Shown piece after piece: positions 1-9,813 of a DNA stretch of 64,000 nt (positions are counted from its first letter, which is position 1; each line of letters begins with the position of its first letter). The stretch is from Pseudomonadota bacterium (GTDB lineage: Bacteria; Bdellovibrionota_G; JALEGL01; DATDPG01). Both the position numbers and the translations under genes were made by a program. The stretch covers positions 1-64,000 of the forward strand of contig JAZDDX010000009.1 in assembly GCA_043809315.1 (NCBI GenBank), given 5' to 3'. The notes beneath the pieces were generated by a model. The model was not told the origin of the DNA and ran no database searches. It was given only the letters and a program-made list of their open reading frames with translations.

Positions 1-2
1 CC

Positions 3-1013
3 GGACGCGACCTGCACGGCAAGGAGATGGCCGCGGTCGTCCTGAACGACGGCCTTGGGATCATCGTGGCGGACCGCTCGGACGCCCTTTTTCGAACGGC
101 GGTCGCCACCGGCTATCGGAAATTAGCCCCCTCCGGCTTGAAACGACCTTCGGCGGTCGCCTTCAGCCCCTCCGGGAGCGATCTGATCGTCGCCAGCCTC
201 CCTTCCGGCGGTGCGCGTTCGAACCTTCCGGGACGGATCGGCCGGATCGATCTCGACACATTCATGTATCGCAGCGAACCGGAGTACCAATCGATTGCCG
301 AAATCGGCGGCTTCCGTGGCGATTTCCCCGGTGACCAAGGGATTCTGCGCGGCGACCCGATCTCCCGCGACGATTACCGGTACGGAACCGTCGGCGCTCA
401 GGGGATTCCCGGGATCGGAATCAAGTTGGCGGTCAGCCCGTATCTGGCCGTCATGCTCGATCCCCGGCGGGGCCCATACCCGTTAGGGGATCTCGGAACC
501 GGTGATATTGACCCCACCCTCGCCACAGAGATTCTCGGGAACCACGGTTATTCAAGCGCCGGCCGGTTCGGTGGTTCGAACAGCGGCAGATCATCGAATT
601 CGAGCCGCGGCGGATTTCGTGGCATGATCATTCTTCCGTCCAACAATATCGCCGTCATCAAGAAGGACGAGATCAACACGATCGCAACCGACAACCACAC
701 GACCTTCCGTTGGTTCCCGCCCGAAAACGTCATCGCTCTCGACGGAGAGGATCTGCGAGCGATCGCCCTCGATCCGGGACAGATCGGTGACGCGGAGCAT
801 GTCACCTCCGAATTCGCCGCGGCCGTGAGCGCGGGAGGCCCCACCGGAACGGGGGGGGTCTTCGTTTCCCGCCTGGACGGCCGGAGCCTTTTGAATCCCG
901 ACCGAATCCCTCTTTCGGGAGGTGGGTTCGACATCGCGATCCGCACCTCAACGCAATTCACGCAGACATTCTCGGCGGCACCGGTCGCGGATAATTCGGA
1001 TCAGAAGAAATAG
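3..1013 (+). CDS. Hypothetical protein, probably 5'-truncated by the window edge; possibly beta-propeller-like
   Basis: Frame is open from position 3 (GRDLHGKEM...). Motifs such as PSAVAFSPSGSDLIVA, LRAIALDP and GFDIAI resemble propeller blades. There is a Gly/Ser/Arg low-complexity patch. Confidence 0.55.
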   Translation, partial: GRDLHGKEMAAVVLNDGLGIIVADRSDALFRTAVATGYRKLAPSGLKRPSAVAFSPSGSDLIVASLPSGGARSNLPGRIGRIDLDTFMYRSEPEYQSIAEIGGFRGDFPGDQGILRGDPISRDDYRYGTVGAQGIPGIGIKLAVSPYLAVMLDPRRGPYPLGDLGTGDIDPTLATEILGNHGYSSAGRFGGSNSGRSSNSSRGGFRGMIILPSNNIAVIKKDEINTIATDNHTTFRWFPPENVIALDGEDLRAIALDPGQIGDAEHVTSEFAAAVSAGGPTGTGGVFVSRLDGRSLLNPDRIPLSGGGFDIAIRTSTQFTQTFSAAPVADNSDQKK

Positions 1014-1061
1014 TTGTTCGCTTCTTCCGACCTTTCGGCATCCGTGTAGAATGGAAAACCG

Positions 1062-1469
1062 ATGCGCCTGCTCGGCCTCGACTACGGCCGTAAACGGATC
1101 GGTCTCGCGATCAGCGACCCTTTAGGTCTCTCCGCACAACCCCTCGGATTCATTCTAAACGACTCCAAGATACTCGATCGTCTCCTGGAAGTTATCCGCA
1201 CACGAGAGGTTTCCGAAATCGTCCTCGGCCATCCCCGCTCCCTCTCCGGAAAGCTCGGGGAGATGGCTCGGGAAGTGGAGGCATTCGCCGAGAAACTTAA
1301 GGAACGGACGACGATCCCCCTTCATCTCTGGGACGAACGGTTCTCGACCTCGGAGGCGGAGAACCTGCTCGTTTCCGCCGACGTACGCAGGGACAAACGA
1401 AAGGAGGTGCGCGATACTGTGGCCGCCTCGTTGATCCTCCAAGGATTCATGGAAAGTCGGAGGGGGTGA
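1062..1469 (+). CDS. ruvX: Holliday junction resolvase-like / pre-16S rRNA nuclease YqgF
   Basis: LLGLDYGRKRIGLAISDPLG, WDERFSTSEAE and DTVAASLILQGF motifs; adjacent to mltG. Confidence 0.95.
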   Translation: MRLLGLDYGRKRIGLAISDPLGLSAQPLGFILNDSKILDRLLEVIRTREVSEIVLGHPRSLSGKLGEMAREVEAFAEKLKERTTIPLHLWDERFSTSEAENLLVSADVRRDKRKEVRDTVAASLILQGFMESRRG

Positions 1470-2482
1470 TGGGAAAAAAGACCGCCGCTCTCGTCGGGCT
1501 GTATTGGATGATCGTCGGAGGGATCGCGCTGGCGACGATCGGATATGCGGTCCTCACGTTCGTCCGGAATGTCCCGCCCGGCATCGCCGGATCGGCCGTC
1601 GTTTTCATCAAGCCCGGTTTGTCCGTTCGTGAGATCTCCAGGGAGCTGGCGCAGGTCCGCGTTCTCCAAGCCCCCTGGAAGCTTCGTCTCCTGGCCCGGC
1701 TCTTCGGAAAACAGAGTCTTCTGAAGCCGGGAGAGTACCGGATGGAGATCCCCTCTCCCCCCTGGAAAGTTCTCACGATGCTCGTGGACGGGAAGGTGAT
1801 CCTCCACAAGCTGACCATCCCGGAGGGGTTCAATCTGAACGAGGTGGTCGAGACGGTCTCGGCGACCGGCCTTGCCGACCCGCAAGAGTTCCAAAAACAG
1901 CTCGATCGGAAGGAGCTCCTCCAACGTCTGAAACTCCCGGGGGAGTCGTTCGAGGGGTTTCTCTTCCCCGACACCTATCTCTTCTCCAAGGTCGACTCCT
2001 CGCAGAAAATGATCGAGGCGATGGTCGCACGTTTCCGCGAGGTGATCCGTCCCGAGGATCAGCGGAAGGCGAATGATCTCGGATTCGATCTTGTGCAGTG
2101 GATCACGCTGGCTTCGATCATCGAGAAGGAATCGTCCGTCCTCGCAGAGCACGCAACCGTTTCCTCGGTCTTTCACAACCGTCTCCGGAAAAAGATGCGC
2201 CTTCAAAGCGACCCGACCGTGATCTACGGCATCCCGAACTTCAATGGAAATCTGACGAAGAAGGACCTCGAAACGCCGACCCCTTACAACACTTACACAC
2301 AGTCTGGGCTCCCCCCCGGCCCGATCTCCAACCCGGGAGCCAGCGCCATTCATGCCGCAGTCAACCCGGCAAGAACCGAGTATCTCTATTTCGTCGCGGA
2401 TCAGGAGGGGCACCACATCTTCTCGAAGACGTACGAGGAGCACGTCAAGGCGGTCAACCTCTACCAGCTCCATCGGCGTTGA
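1466..2482 (+). CDS. mltG: Endolytic murein transglycosylase MltG (YceG family)
   Basis: N-terminal TM helix; TIPEGF, EGFLFPDTY, LASIIEKE, LQSDPTVIYG, YNTY..GLPPGPISNPG and YLYFV motifs. Confidence 0.95.
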   Translation: MMGKKTAALVGLYWMIVGGIALATIGYAVLTFVRNVPPGIAGSAVVFIKPGLSVREISRELAQVRVLQAPWKLRLLARLFGKQSLLKPGEYRMEIPSPPWKVLTMLVDGKVILHKLTIPEGFNLNEVVETVSATGLADPQEFQKQLDRKELLQRLKLPGESFEGFLFPDTYLFSKVDSSQKMIEAMVARFREVIRPEDQRKANDLGFDLVQWITLASIIEKESSVLAEHATVSSVFHNRLRKKMRLQSDPTVIYGIPNFNGNLTKKDLETPTPYNTYTQSGLPPGPISNPGASAIHAAVNPARTEYLYFVADQEGHHIFSKTYEEHVKAVNLYQLHRR

Positions 2483-2513
2483 CATCTTGCGTTGGCTTTA
2501 TTAAGAACCTTCC

Positions 2514-3008
2514 ATGCGCTTCGTAACCATCCTTTTGGCACTGGTCGCCCTGGTCCCGTTTTCCTCGTTCGCCGACTCGACCCCTCTTAAGCTGCTCTTC
2601 ACGAACATCCACGACGACCCGAAGACAAGGTGCCCGTACGCCTCGTTTGAAACCAAAGTGTTCGAGGATTACGAACCACTTAAGCGGTTCGTCATGCACT
2701 CCATTTCCAAGAACAAAGAAAAGATGACGCTTCGCCTGGAAGTCGAACACAAACAGCAGACCGTCCGCACCCTCGACTTCGGGAAGGGAACCGCGTCCAA
2801 CCAGGGGGTCAATTACCCGTGTTTGGGCGTGAAGGGGGTCCCGGGTGAGTGCGCGACGATCGCCAAGGGGCTCGCCGACACGGCCGAGTACCTGCGGGGA
2901 CGGTACGACGCGGGAACTCGCGAATCGAAGGATGACCAGTGGAACGGCCTGACCTGCGCCGCCTCCCTGGCGCGCGCCTTCCAGGAGTACATGGAAGATC
3001 GGAAATGA
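2514..3008 (+). CDS. Hypothetical secreted protein
   Basis: Signal peptide (MRFVTILLALVALVPFSSFA); 4 Cys; fills the gap between mltG and the next gene. Confidence 0.65.
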   Translation: MRFVTILLALVALVPFSSFADSTPLKLLFTNIHDDPKTRCPYASFETKVFEDYEPLKRFVMHSISKNKEKMTLRLEVEHKQQTVRTLDFGKGTASNQGVNYPCLGVKGVPGECATIAKGLADTAEYLRGRYDAGTRESKDDQWNGLTCAASLARAFQEYMEDRK

Positions 3009-3110
3009 GGTCGGAGGTGGCCGGGAATATCGCCGGCCAGCTGAAGTCCCTGTTTCCAAACGAGTATTTGCCCAACAAGATCATTTCGAGCGTCCGTTCA
3101 CGATTGTTAA

Positions 3111-3138
3111 CAGAAAGTGGTTTTTCATTAACTTTCTG
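3111..3138. promoter_or_regulatory. AT-rich inverted repeat CAGAAAGT-N12-ACTTTCTG, candidate operator
   Basis: Perfect 8-bp arms at 3111-3118 and 3131-3138, upstream of a TAAACT -10-like box (3163-3168) of the TIGR02147 gene. Confidence 0.35.
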
Positions 3139-3173
3139 ATCGATCCCGCCCCTCCACCGGCGTAAACTTAAAG

Positions 3174-4004
3174 GTGGTGGACTCCATCCTTACCTACGAC
3201 GATTACCGGGTGTTCCTTCGCGACTATTACAACGAGAAGAAGGAAAAGAGCGCCTCGTACTCGTTCCGCTTTTTCGCCCGAAAGGCGGGACTCAAATCAC
3301 CGAACTACCTCAAGCTCGTGATGGACGGGGAGAGGAACCTCACCCACCGGAACATCCGAAAGTTCGCGCTCGGCTTGGGATTGGGGGATCGCGAGCAGCT
3401 GTTTTTCGAGAACCTCGTTTTTTTCAACCAGGCCAAAGAATCGTCTGACAAGGAGTTCTTCAAGAAGAACCTCGAGATGATCCGGGCGAAAGACGACCGG
3501 ACACTTCTGACGCGCGATCAGTACGAGGTCTTCGCCCTCTGGTACCCGGCTGCGATCCGTGAGGCTCTCCTGATCCCGGGGTTCCCGACCACACCCAAAA
3601 AATTGGCTGCCAAGTTCGATCATCGATTCACCCCGCAGCAGGCGCGGGAAGCTCTCGATCTCTTGCTCCGCATCGGGATGATCGAAACGGACCCGAAAAC
3701 CGGCGGGTTGCGTGTCACGAAACAGAGCATCCAGACTCCCGACCTCACGAAGTCGGAGGCGCTCGTCCGTTTCTACCATTCGATGATCGAGATGGCACAG
3801 AACGCGGTGGAGGGGCAGTCTTCGAAGGAACGCTGTCTCTCGGGGGTCACCCTCGCCGTCCGGAAAGAGGACTTGAAAGAGGCGTTCCGGAAAATTCACG
3901 AGTTCCGGAACGAAATGAACGCTTTCTTGTCGAAAGGAAAATCGTATGACGCCGTCTACCAGCTCAACCTCCAACTCTTCCGACTGGATTGCGATGGCGA
4001 ATAA
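3174..4004 (+). CDS. TIGR02147 / DUF4423 family protein (N-terminal HTH-like region)
   Basis: YDDYRVFLRDYY..KK...YSFRFFARKAGLKSPNYLKLVMDGERNL N-terminus, W(Y)..AIRE, and C-terminal VYQLNLQLF, all typical of the family. Confidence 0.9.
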   Translation: MVDSILTYDDYRVFLRDYYNEKKEKSASYSFRFFARKAGLKSPNYLKLVMDGERNLTHRNIRKFALGLGLGDREQLFFENLVFFNQAKESSDKEFFKKNLEMIRAKDDRTLLTRDQYEVFALWYPAAIREALLIPGFPTTPKKLAAKFDHRFTPQQAREALDLLLRIGMIETDPKTGGLRVTKQSIQTPDLTKSEALVRFYHSMIEMAQNAVEGQSSKERCLSGVTLAVRKEDLKEAFRKIHEFRNEMNAFLSKGKSYDAVYQLNLQLFRLDCDGE

Positions 4005-4458
4005 GATCGGCGTCCTTCTCATCCTGGCCCTCTTTGGCGCCTGCGGTCTCATGACCGGAAACCCGGAGAACCAGGGAAGTGCTGCCGCACCGGACAACAC
4101 GGCATTTCTCGACCCGTCGTCCGATTACCTGAAAGCTCAGGCGGCTAAGACAGCGGACACCACCGACTGCGGTTACTTCACCGGTCAGTCGACCTCGACC
4201 GAGCTTGCGACGGGCCGTCAGTGCATCCAGGACGCGTTCGCAGCTTGCACGTCCGCTTTCTATCTTTTCGACGATACGACGACGAACAACAAACGGTTCG
4301 CCGCTTTCTTGGCAGTGGAAAAGCCGGCGAACAGTTCTTCATGCTCTGTTACGGTGCATGCGGTTTCGACCGACTCGAGCCGTTTTGTCGGTGATCAGAC
4401 GAAGAGCTGTTCAGCTCTCTCCGATCCGATCGAGGTATCCTGCGGGATCGGGAGTTAA
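3994..4458 (+). CDS. Cys-rich lipoprotein of unknown function
   Basis: ATG at 3994 overlaps the TIGR02147 stop region; lipobox LFGAC followed by GLMTGNP; 6 further Cys. Confidence 0.75.
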   Translation: MANKIGVLLILALFGACGLMTGNPENQGSAAAPDNTAFLDPSSDYLKAQAAKTADTTDCGYFTGQSTSTELATGRQCIQDAFAACTSAFYLFDDTTTNNKRFAAFLAVEKPANSSSCSVTVHAVSTDSSRFVGDQTKSCSALSDPIEVSCGIGS

Positions 4459-5807
4459 ATCGACGACTCCGAGAAGAGATCGTATTCCGTTCCCTTTTCG
4501 ATCTTGACCGGCACGATCCGCCCCACTTCGAAATTCTTCCCGCGCACATAGACCGTGCCGTCGATGTCGATCGCATGCCCCTCCGTCCGCCCGACATGGC
4601 TGTAGCCGCCGGCGCGGTGAAAGGCGCGATCGATGAGAACCGGTAAAGTTTTTCCGACCAAAGCGGCGTTTTTCTCCAAAGAGATCTTCTGCTGCGTCAA
4701 CATCACGCGCTCTTTCCGTTCCGCCATCACCTCCGGAGCCACCGGGTCGGGAAGGGATGCGGCCACCGTTCCTTCTTCGTGCGAGTAGGTGAAGACCCCC
4801 AGGCGGTCGAACCGCGTCTCCTCGACATAGGAAAGAAGTTTCTCGAACTGGGCATCCGTTTCACCGGGGAATCCGACGAGCATCGTCGTCCGGAGCGTGA
4901 GGTTCGGGATCCGGGACTTGAGCTTCGAGATCAACTCCCGCGTTTCGGTTTCGCCAATCTTCCTTTTCATCGCCTGAAGGATCCCGTCGTCGATGTGCTG
5001 CAGGGGGAGATCGAGGTATTTACAGATCTTTTCCGACGTCGCGATCAGGTCGATCAAGCCGTCGGTGAAAAATTCGGGATAGTTGTACATCAGGCGGATC
5101 CAGCGGATCCCGTCGACCGCAACAAGTTCATGCAGAAGCGCCTCCAGCGTCGCGCCATCCTCCCGGTCCCGACCGTACGCGGTCAGGTCCTGTGCGATGA
5201 GGTTCACCTCGAGCGCCCCGGAAGAGGCGAGACGCCGGACCTCCTCGACGATCGATGAGATCGGGCGGCTTCTCCCGCGTCCGCGGAGGCGGGGGATGAT
5301 GCAGAAGGCGCAGGGGCGCGAGCACCCCTCGGCGATTTTTACGTAGGAGGTGTGCGGAGGAAGGGTCGAGATCCGGGGAGTGGCGTAGTCGTAGACGAAT
5401 TCCGGCTTGTCGACCAACGACCGGACGACCGGAAGCTCGTCTTTGAGCTTCGTGAATTCGGCGATCCGTTGAAACTCCCCGGTTCCGATGAAGTGATCGA
5501 CTTCCGGGAGATCGTTTTCGAGATCGGCCTTGTATCGCTGGGGAAGGCAGCCGGTCACGATCAACTTTTTTAGCGTTCCTGCCTTTTTGAGACGGGCCAC
5601 ATTCAGGATCGTTCCGATCGATTCCTGTTCGGCATCCTCAATGAAGGAGCAGGTGTTGACGATCATCACGTCGGCCTTCTTCTCGTCGTTCACCAGCTCG
5701 TATCCGCCGTCGCGCAGCAGGCCGAGCATCACCTCGGAATCGACGAGATTCTTGGGACAACCGAGGGAGATCAACCCGACGCGGGTCTTTCGGGGTAGGT
5801 CGACCAT
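4455..5807 (-). CDS. rimO: Ribosomal protein S12 methylthiotransferase RimO
   Basis: SLGCPKNLVDSE, VNTCSFI, radical SAM motif AEGCSRPCAFCIIP and C-terminal TRAM domain. Start re-set to MVDLPRK at 5807. Confidence 0.95.
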   Translation of the reverse strand: MVDLPRKTRVGLISLGCPKNLVDSEVMLGLLRDGGYELVNDEKKADVMIVNTCSFIEDAEQESIGTILNVARLKKAGTLKKLIVTGCLPQRYKADLENDLPEVDHFIGTGEFQRIAEFTKLKDELPVVRSLVDKPEFVYDYATPRISTLPPHTSYVKIAEGCSRPCAFCIIPRLRGRGRSRPISSIVEEVRRLASSGALEVNLIAQDLTAYGRDREDGATLEALLHELVAVDGIRWIRLMYNYPEFFTDGLIDLIATSEKICKYLDLPLQHIDDGILQAMKRKIGETETRELISKLKSRIPNLTLRTTMLVGFPGETDAQFEKLLSYVEETRFDRLGVFTYSHEEGTVAASLPDPVAPEVMAERKERVMLTQQKISLEKNAALVGKTLPVLIDRAFHRAGGYSHVGRTEGHAIDIDGTVYVRGKNFEVGRIVPVKIEKGTEYDLFSESSI

Positions 5808-5811
5808 TCGA

Positions 5812-6477
5812 TCACATCTTGTTCGAGATTTCCGGCATCGTAACGAGCGGCGTTCCCTTGGGGGGCTTGAACTCGAACCGGCTCGAGGCGATCTCCTGAT
5901 TGAAGCGGAGATCGGAGAAACGGATCTCGTTCTCTCCGCCGAGGGAGTCGATGATCTTGGTGCCGACGACGCGAACCGGCTCTTCCGTCCGCACGGCCAG
6001 GTCGATTTCGATGATGTTCGATTCCGGATGGATCGGAACGCATTCGAGAACAACCTCTCCCTCTTTCGAAGCCCGGCCCTTTTTGAAAGAGATCTTGAAA
6101 CTGTCCTTGAGCTTTCCGCGGCCGAGCAAAAACGAAACGGAGACCGGAAGCCCCCCCTCCGCCGGTTGATCGGCGATCAGCGCCTGACGATCCTCGGGGT
6201 CATAGAGAGTGATCCGCTTTCCGTTGGAGACGATGATCCGCCCCTTCGGAACGGAGTAGTCCCAGCGCATCTTTCCCGGCTTCGACAGCGCGACCTCGCC
6301 ACGGGTTTTCTTCTCGTCAAATCGGAGGGAGCGGTAGGTCTGGTCGAATTTTGCTTCAATCGTTCGGGTCGAGTCGTACGATTTCTGCAGACGCTCGACG
6401 ATCGAATCCAAATCGGACCCCGCGAAAACGACCGTGGGGACCAGACAAGCCAAACTTAGGAACGTGCCAAGCCTCAT
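5812..6477 (-). CDS. lolA: Outer-membrane lipoprotein carrier protein LolA
   Basis: Signal peptide; AKFDQ, KPGKMRWDY..P...IVSNG and C-terminal FEFKPPKG; located near ftsK. Confidence 0.88.
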   Translation of the reverse strand: MRLGTFLSLACLVPTVVFAGSDLDSIVERLQKSYDSTRTIEAKFDQTYRSLRFDEKKTRGEVALSKPGKMRWDYSVPKGRIIVSNGKRITLYDPEDRQALIADQPAEGGLPVSVSFLLGRGKLKDSFKISFKKGRASKEGEVVLECVPIHPESNIIEIDLAVRTEEPVRVVGTKIIDSLGGENEIRFSDLRFNQEIASSRFEFKPPKGTPLVTMPEISNKM

Positions 6478-6496
6478 AATTCGGGGCAGACCTCTA

Positions 6497-7348
6497 TCAC
6501 GAAATAGGTATTGTGTCCCCCGATTGGGAGCGGAATGTCGGAACCAACGACCGGACGATGACCGCGCCCAGAATGATCGCTCCGCCGATGAGCGCCATCT
6601 TTCCCGGCTTCTCCCCCATGAGCAGCAACACCCAGATCGGGTTCAAGACCGGTTCGATGTAGGTGACGAGAATCGCTTCGATCGCCGAGACATGTTTGAT
6701 CGCTTTGGAATAAAGATAGTAGGCAAGAGCTAGCTGAAAAACCCCCAGCGCGGATATGAAGATCCATCCTTTGAGAGGCGGCGCGGACCCGAGCGCGAAC
6801 GGAAGGCAGAGAAATGCCCCCAGAGCGTTCCCCAGAACGATCGATTCCAGAGGGGAACTGTCTTTCTGCTTTCGCAAGAAAAGGACCAGCCAGGCGAAAC
6901 TGATCCCGCTCAAGATCGCAAGGATGTTCCCGATCGCGTTCCGGGTGGTGATCTGGTCGGCGAAGAAAAGGGTCATCCCTCCGAAAGCGAAGACGATCGT
7001 CAGCCAATCGAAACGGGAGGTTTTTTCACCCAGGTATCTAGCGCCGAAAAGGGCGACGTAAATCGGGGCGGTAAACTGCAGAAGGATCGCATTCGCAGCA
7101 GTCGTCATCTTGTTCGACGTCACGAATAGAATCACCGTGGCGGTGTACGCCAACGCCCCGCCGATCTGCGCAAACGACCAGGTGAAATGGAACGGTCGAC
7201 AAAGGGCGAAAAGAACCAGAGCTGCGATCGCGCTCCTTCCTCCGGCGATCCCCATCGGCGTCCAATCGACCGATTTGATCAGGAACCCCCCGGTGCTCCA
7301 GAGGGTTGCAGCGGCCAGGAGATGACCGATCGCGGGTCCTCGTTTCAT
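6497..7348 (-). CDS. EamA/DMT family transporter
   Basis: About 10 TM segments; LWSTGG, ANAILLQFTAP and EPVLNPIWV motifs. Confidence 0.9.
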   Translation of the reverse strand: MKRGPAIGHLLAAATLWSTGGFLIKSVDWTPMGIAGGRSAIAALVLFALCRPFHFTWSFAQIGGALAYTATVILFVTSNKMTTAANAILLQFTAPIYVALFGARYLGEKTSRFDWLTIVFAFGGMTLFFADQITTRNAIGNILAILSGISFAWLVLFLRKQKDSSPLESIVLGNALGAFLCLPFALGSAPPLKGWIFISALGVFQLALAYYLYSKAIKHVSAIEAILVTYIEPVLNPIWVLLLMGEKPGKMALIGGAIILGAVIVRSLVPTFRSQSGDTIPIS

Positions 7349-7364
7349 CGTGATTTCCGGAAGT

Positions 7365-9749
7365 CTACGGCTCCAACCGACTCATGCGCACTTCGCGCGG
7401 CTTGCCGACCTCGCCGGGGGCGAGAAGACCTTCTTCTTCCATCCGCTCAACGATCCGCGCGGCGCGGTTGTACCCGATCCGGAGCTTCCGCTGGATCATC
7501 GAGATCGAGGCGACGCGGTGGAGGCGGACGATGTTGAGCGCCTGCTGGTACATCTCGTCGTCCTCTCCCTCGGCCATCTCGGCCTGCGCTTCTTCCTGTG
7601 CCTTGAATTTGAGGATCGTCTCGTCGTAATCGGGGCGCCCCTGCGCCTTCCAGAAGTCGGTGACTCTCTTCACTTCGTTGTCGGTCACGAAAGCGCCGTG
7701 GATCCGCTGCAATTTCGAGGTTCCCGGAGGAAGGAACAGCATGTCGCCGGCCCCCAGGAGAAGCTCGGCGCCGTTTGCGTCCAGGATCGTCCGCGAATCG
7801 ATCTTCGACGAGACCTGGAACGAGATCCGCGTCGGCATGTTCGCCTTGATGACCCCCGTGATGACGTCGACCGACGGACGTTGGGTCGCGAGAAGCAAAT
7901 GGATCCCGGCCGCACGTGCCATCTGCGCGAGGCGGATGATCGACTCCTCCACCTCCCGGCTCGAAACCATCATCAGATCGGCCAGCTCGTCGATGACGAT
8001 CATGATGTACGGGAGCGGGCCGGTATGCTCGGGCGGCTTCGTCTGGGTCTCGTCGACCGGGGCGACACCGAGCGGAAGCTCCGCTTCCGCGGGAGGCCTT
8101 TCCTCTTTCTTGACCCCCCCGTCCTCCACCACTTTCGGGACCCTCTTGTTGTACCCCTCGATGTTCCGGACACCGAGATCGGCCAACAAGCGGTACCTCT
8201 TCTCCATCTCGAGAACCGCCCACCGAAGCGCGGCGGCCGCTTTTCTCGGGTCGGTCACGACCGGAAGCATGAGGTGCGGGATGTGGTCGTAGAGCGAAAG
8301 CTCCAGCATCTTCGGGTCGACCAGGATCATCCGGACCTCGTCGGGGGTCGCCCGGAAGAGAACCGAAAGGATCATGTCGTTGACCGAGACTGATTTTCCG
8401 GAGCCGGTCGCTCCGGCGACCAGAAGGTGAGGCATCTTCCGCAAATCGGTCACGAACGGGACGCCGGAGATCTCCTTGCCGAGGGCAAGGGTCAGAAGCG
8501 AACTGCTCTGTGTGAAAATTGAGTCGCAGATGATCTCCTTTAAGTAGACGACCTGGCGGGATCGGTTCGCCACCTCGATCCCGATTACTGATTTCCCCGG
8601 GAGTGGAGTGATCCGGACGGAGAGGGCCTTGAGGGCGAGAGCCAGGTCGTCGTTTAAGCGCGCGATCTGGTTCACCTTGACGCCGGGGGCCGGCTCGAAT
8701 TCGTACATCGTGACGACGGGGCCGGGCTGGACCTCGACGACTTTGCCGAAAACACCGAAGTCTTTGAGTTTGCGCTCCAGAACCTGGGCGTTCGCGAGAA
8801 GCTCCTCGCGATCGACGGAGATCGTCTGTGACTCCGGCGCCTCGAGAAGGGAGATGTCGGGAAGTTTGTAGATGGTCGGCTTCTTTTTCTCCGCCTTCTT
8901 CTCCTCGTGGCCGGCGAAGTCCTGTGTATGGAATTTCGGCATCTCCTGCGTCGCGGAGGCCTTGCCAAAAACGATCGGGATCTCCTCGAGCCCCTCCACC
9001 TGATCGGCTTCGAACTCCTCCTTTTCCATTTCGGCCCCGGCGATCTTGATTTTCCCGCCGATCTCCGGCTCCTCCGCTTCGGCGTCTTTCCGGATCGCCT
9101 CCAAGCCTCTCCTCAACTGTTTTCCTTCACGGGCGAGGGCCTTATCGACCCGCTCGCCGAGATCCTCCGCGATCGGAGCAAACCAGAGCCAGATCTTCTC
9201 CCCGAGCCAGGGAAATACCTGCAGGAACGCAACAAAACGTTCGAACGTAAGTCCGATCGTCAAAACTAACGATATTGCGAGGAGCGTAAGAGCTACAATC
9301 CAGCTTCCGGAAGTGCCAACGTATCGGCCGGAAGCTATACGGGTCCAATATCCGGACAGTCCACCCCAAGCCGGAATGTGGGTGGTTCCCCCCTCAATAA
9401 GAGCCAGAATCAGCGAAACAGAAACGACCATCACGACGAAGCCGCCGATCCGGACGGAGCGTCCCCGCACCGTCGTTGCAAAAACCACCGCCCAGGTCAC
9501 ACCGAAAAGAGCGATCGGCAGGAGAAAGGAGGCGTACCCCCAGAGTTGCATGATGAAATCGGCGACGTAACTCCCGACCAGGCCGCCGAAGTTGTGGACG
9601 ACGATCCCGTGGCCGCTCACCTTGGTGTTGAGGGAGGGGTCGAGCGGATCGTAGGTCACGAGGGTAATCAGAAGAAAGACCGAAACGGCCAGGAAGACGA
9701 ACCCGATCAGGTCGCGGAGGGGGGAATGGGATTTCACTTCCTTGGACAT
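7365..9749 (-). CDS. ftsK: DNA translocase FtsK
   Basis: N-terminal 4TM domain, Walker A HLLVAGATGSGKS, IDELADLM, ATQRPSVDV and gamma domain LRIGYNRAARIVE. Start at MSKEVK (9749) preferred over 9776. Confidence 0.97.
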   Translation of the reverse strand: MSKEVKSHSPLRDLIGFVFLAVSVFLLITLVTYDPLDPSLNTKVSGHGIVVHNFGGLVGSYVADFIMQLWGYASFLLPIALFGVTWAVVFATTVRGRSVRIGGFVVMVVSVSLILALIEGGTTHIPAWGGLSGYWTRIASGRYVGTSGSWIVALTLLAISLVLTIGLTFERFVAFLQVFPWLGEKIWLWFAPIAEDLGERVDKALAREGKQLRRGLEAIRKDAEAEEPEIGGKIKIAGAEMEKEEFEADQVEGLEEIPIVFGKASATQEMPKFHTQDFAGHEEKKAEKKKPTIYKLPDISLLEAPESQTISVDREELLANAQVLERKLKDFGVFGKVVEVQPGPVVTMYEFEPAPGVKVNQIARLNDDLALALKALSVRITPLPGKSVIGIEVANRSRQVVYLKEIICDSIFTQSSSLLTLALGKEISGVPFVTDLRKMPHLLVAGATGSGKSVSVNDMILSVLFRATPDEVRMILVDPKMLELSLYDHIPHLMLPVVTDPRKAAAALRWAVLEMEKRYRLLADLGVRNIEGYNKRVPKVVEDGGVKKEERPPAEAELPLGVAPVDETQTKPPEHTGPLPYIMIVIDELADLMMVSSREVEESIIRLAQMARAAGIHLLLATQRPSVDVITGVIKANMPTRISFQVSSKIDSRTILDANGAELLLGAGDMLFLPPGTSKLQRIHGAFVTDNEVKRVTDFWKAQGRPDYDETILKFKAQEEAQAEMAEGEDDEMYQQALNIVRLHRVASISMIQRKLRIGYNRAARIVERMEEEGLLAPGEVGKPREVRMSRLEP

Positions 9750-9813
9750 CGGGTACGACCGGTCAGTATATGCCAACCAGCGTCAAAAAGCACAGAGCGC
9801 CGGCACCCTCCCT

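Noticed and set aside
3018-3039. Hairpin TGGCCGG-N8-CCGGCCA as an intrinsic terminator
   Set aside because: There is no adjacent U-tract, and short GC stems are common by chance in this sequence.
6497-7348. EamA transporter interrupting the usual ftsK-lolA adjacency
   Set aside because: A real but ordinary single-gene insertion with no further signal.
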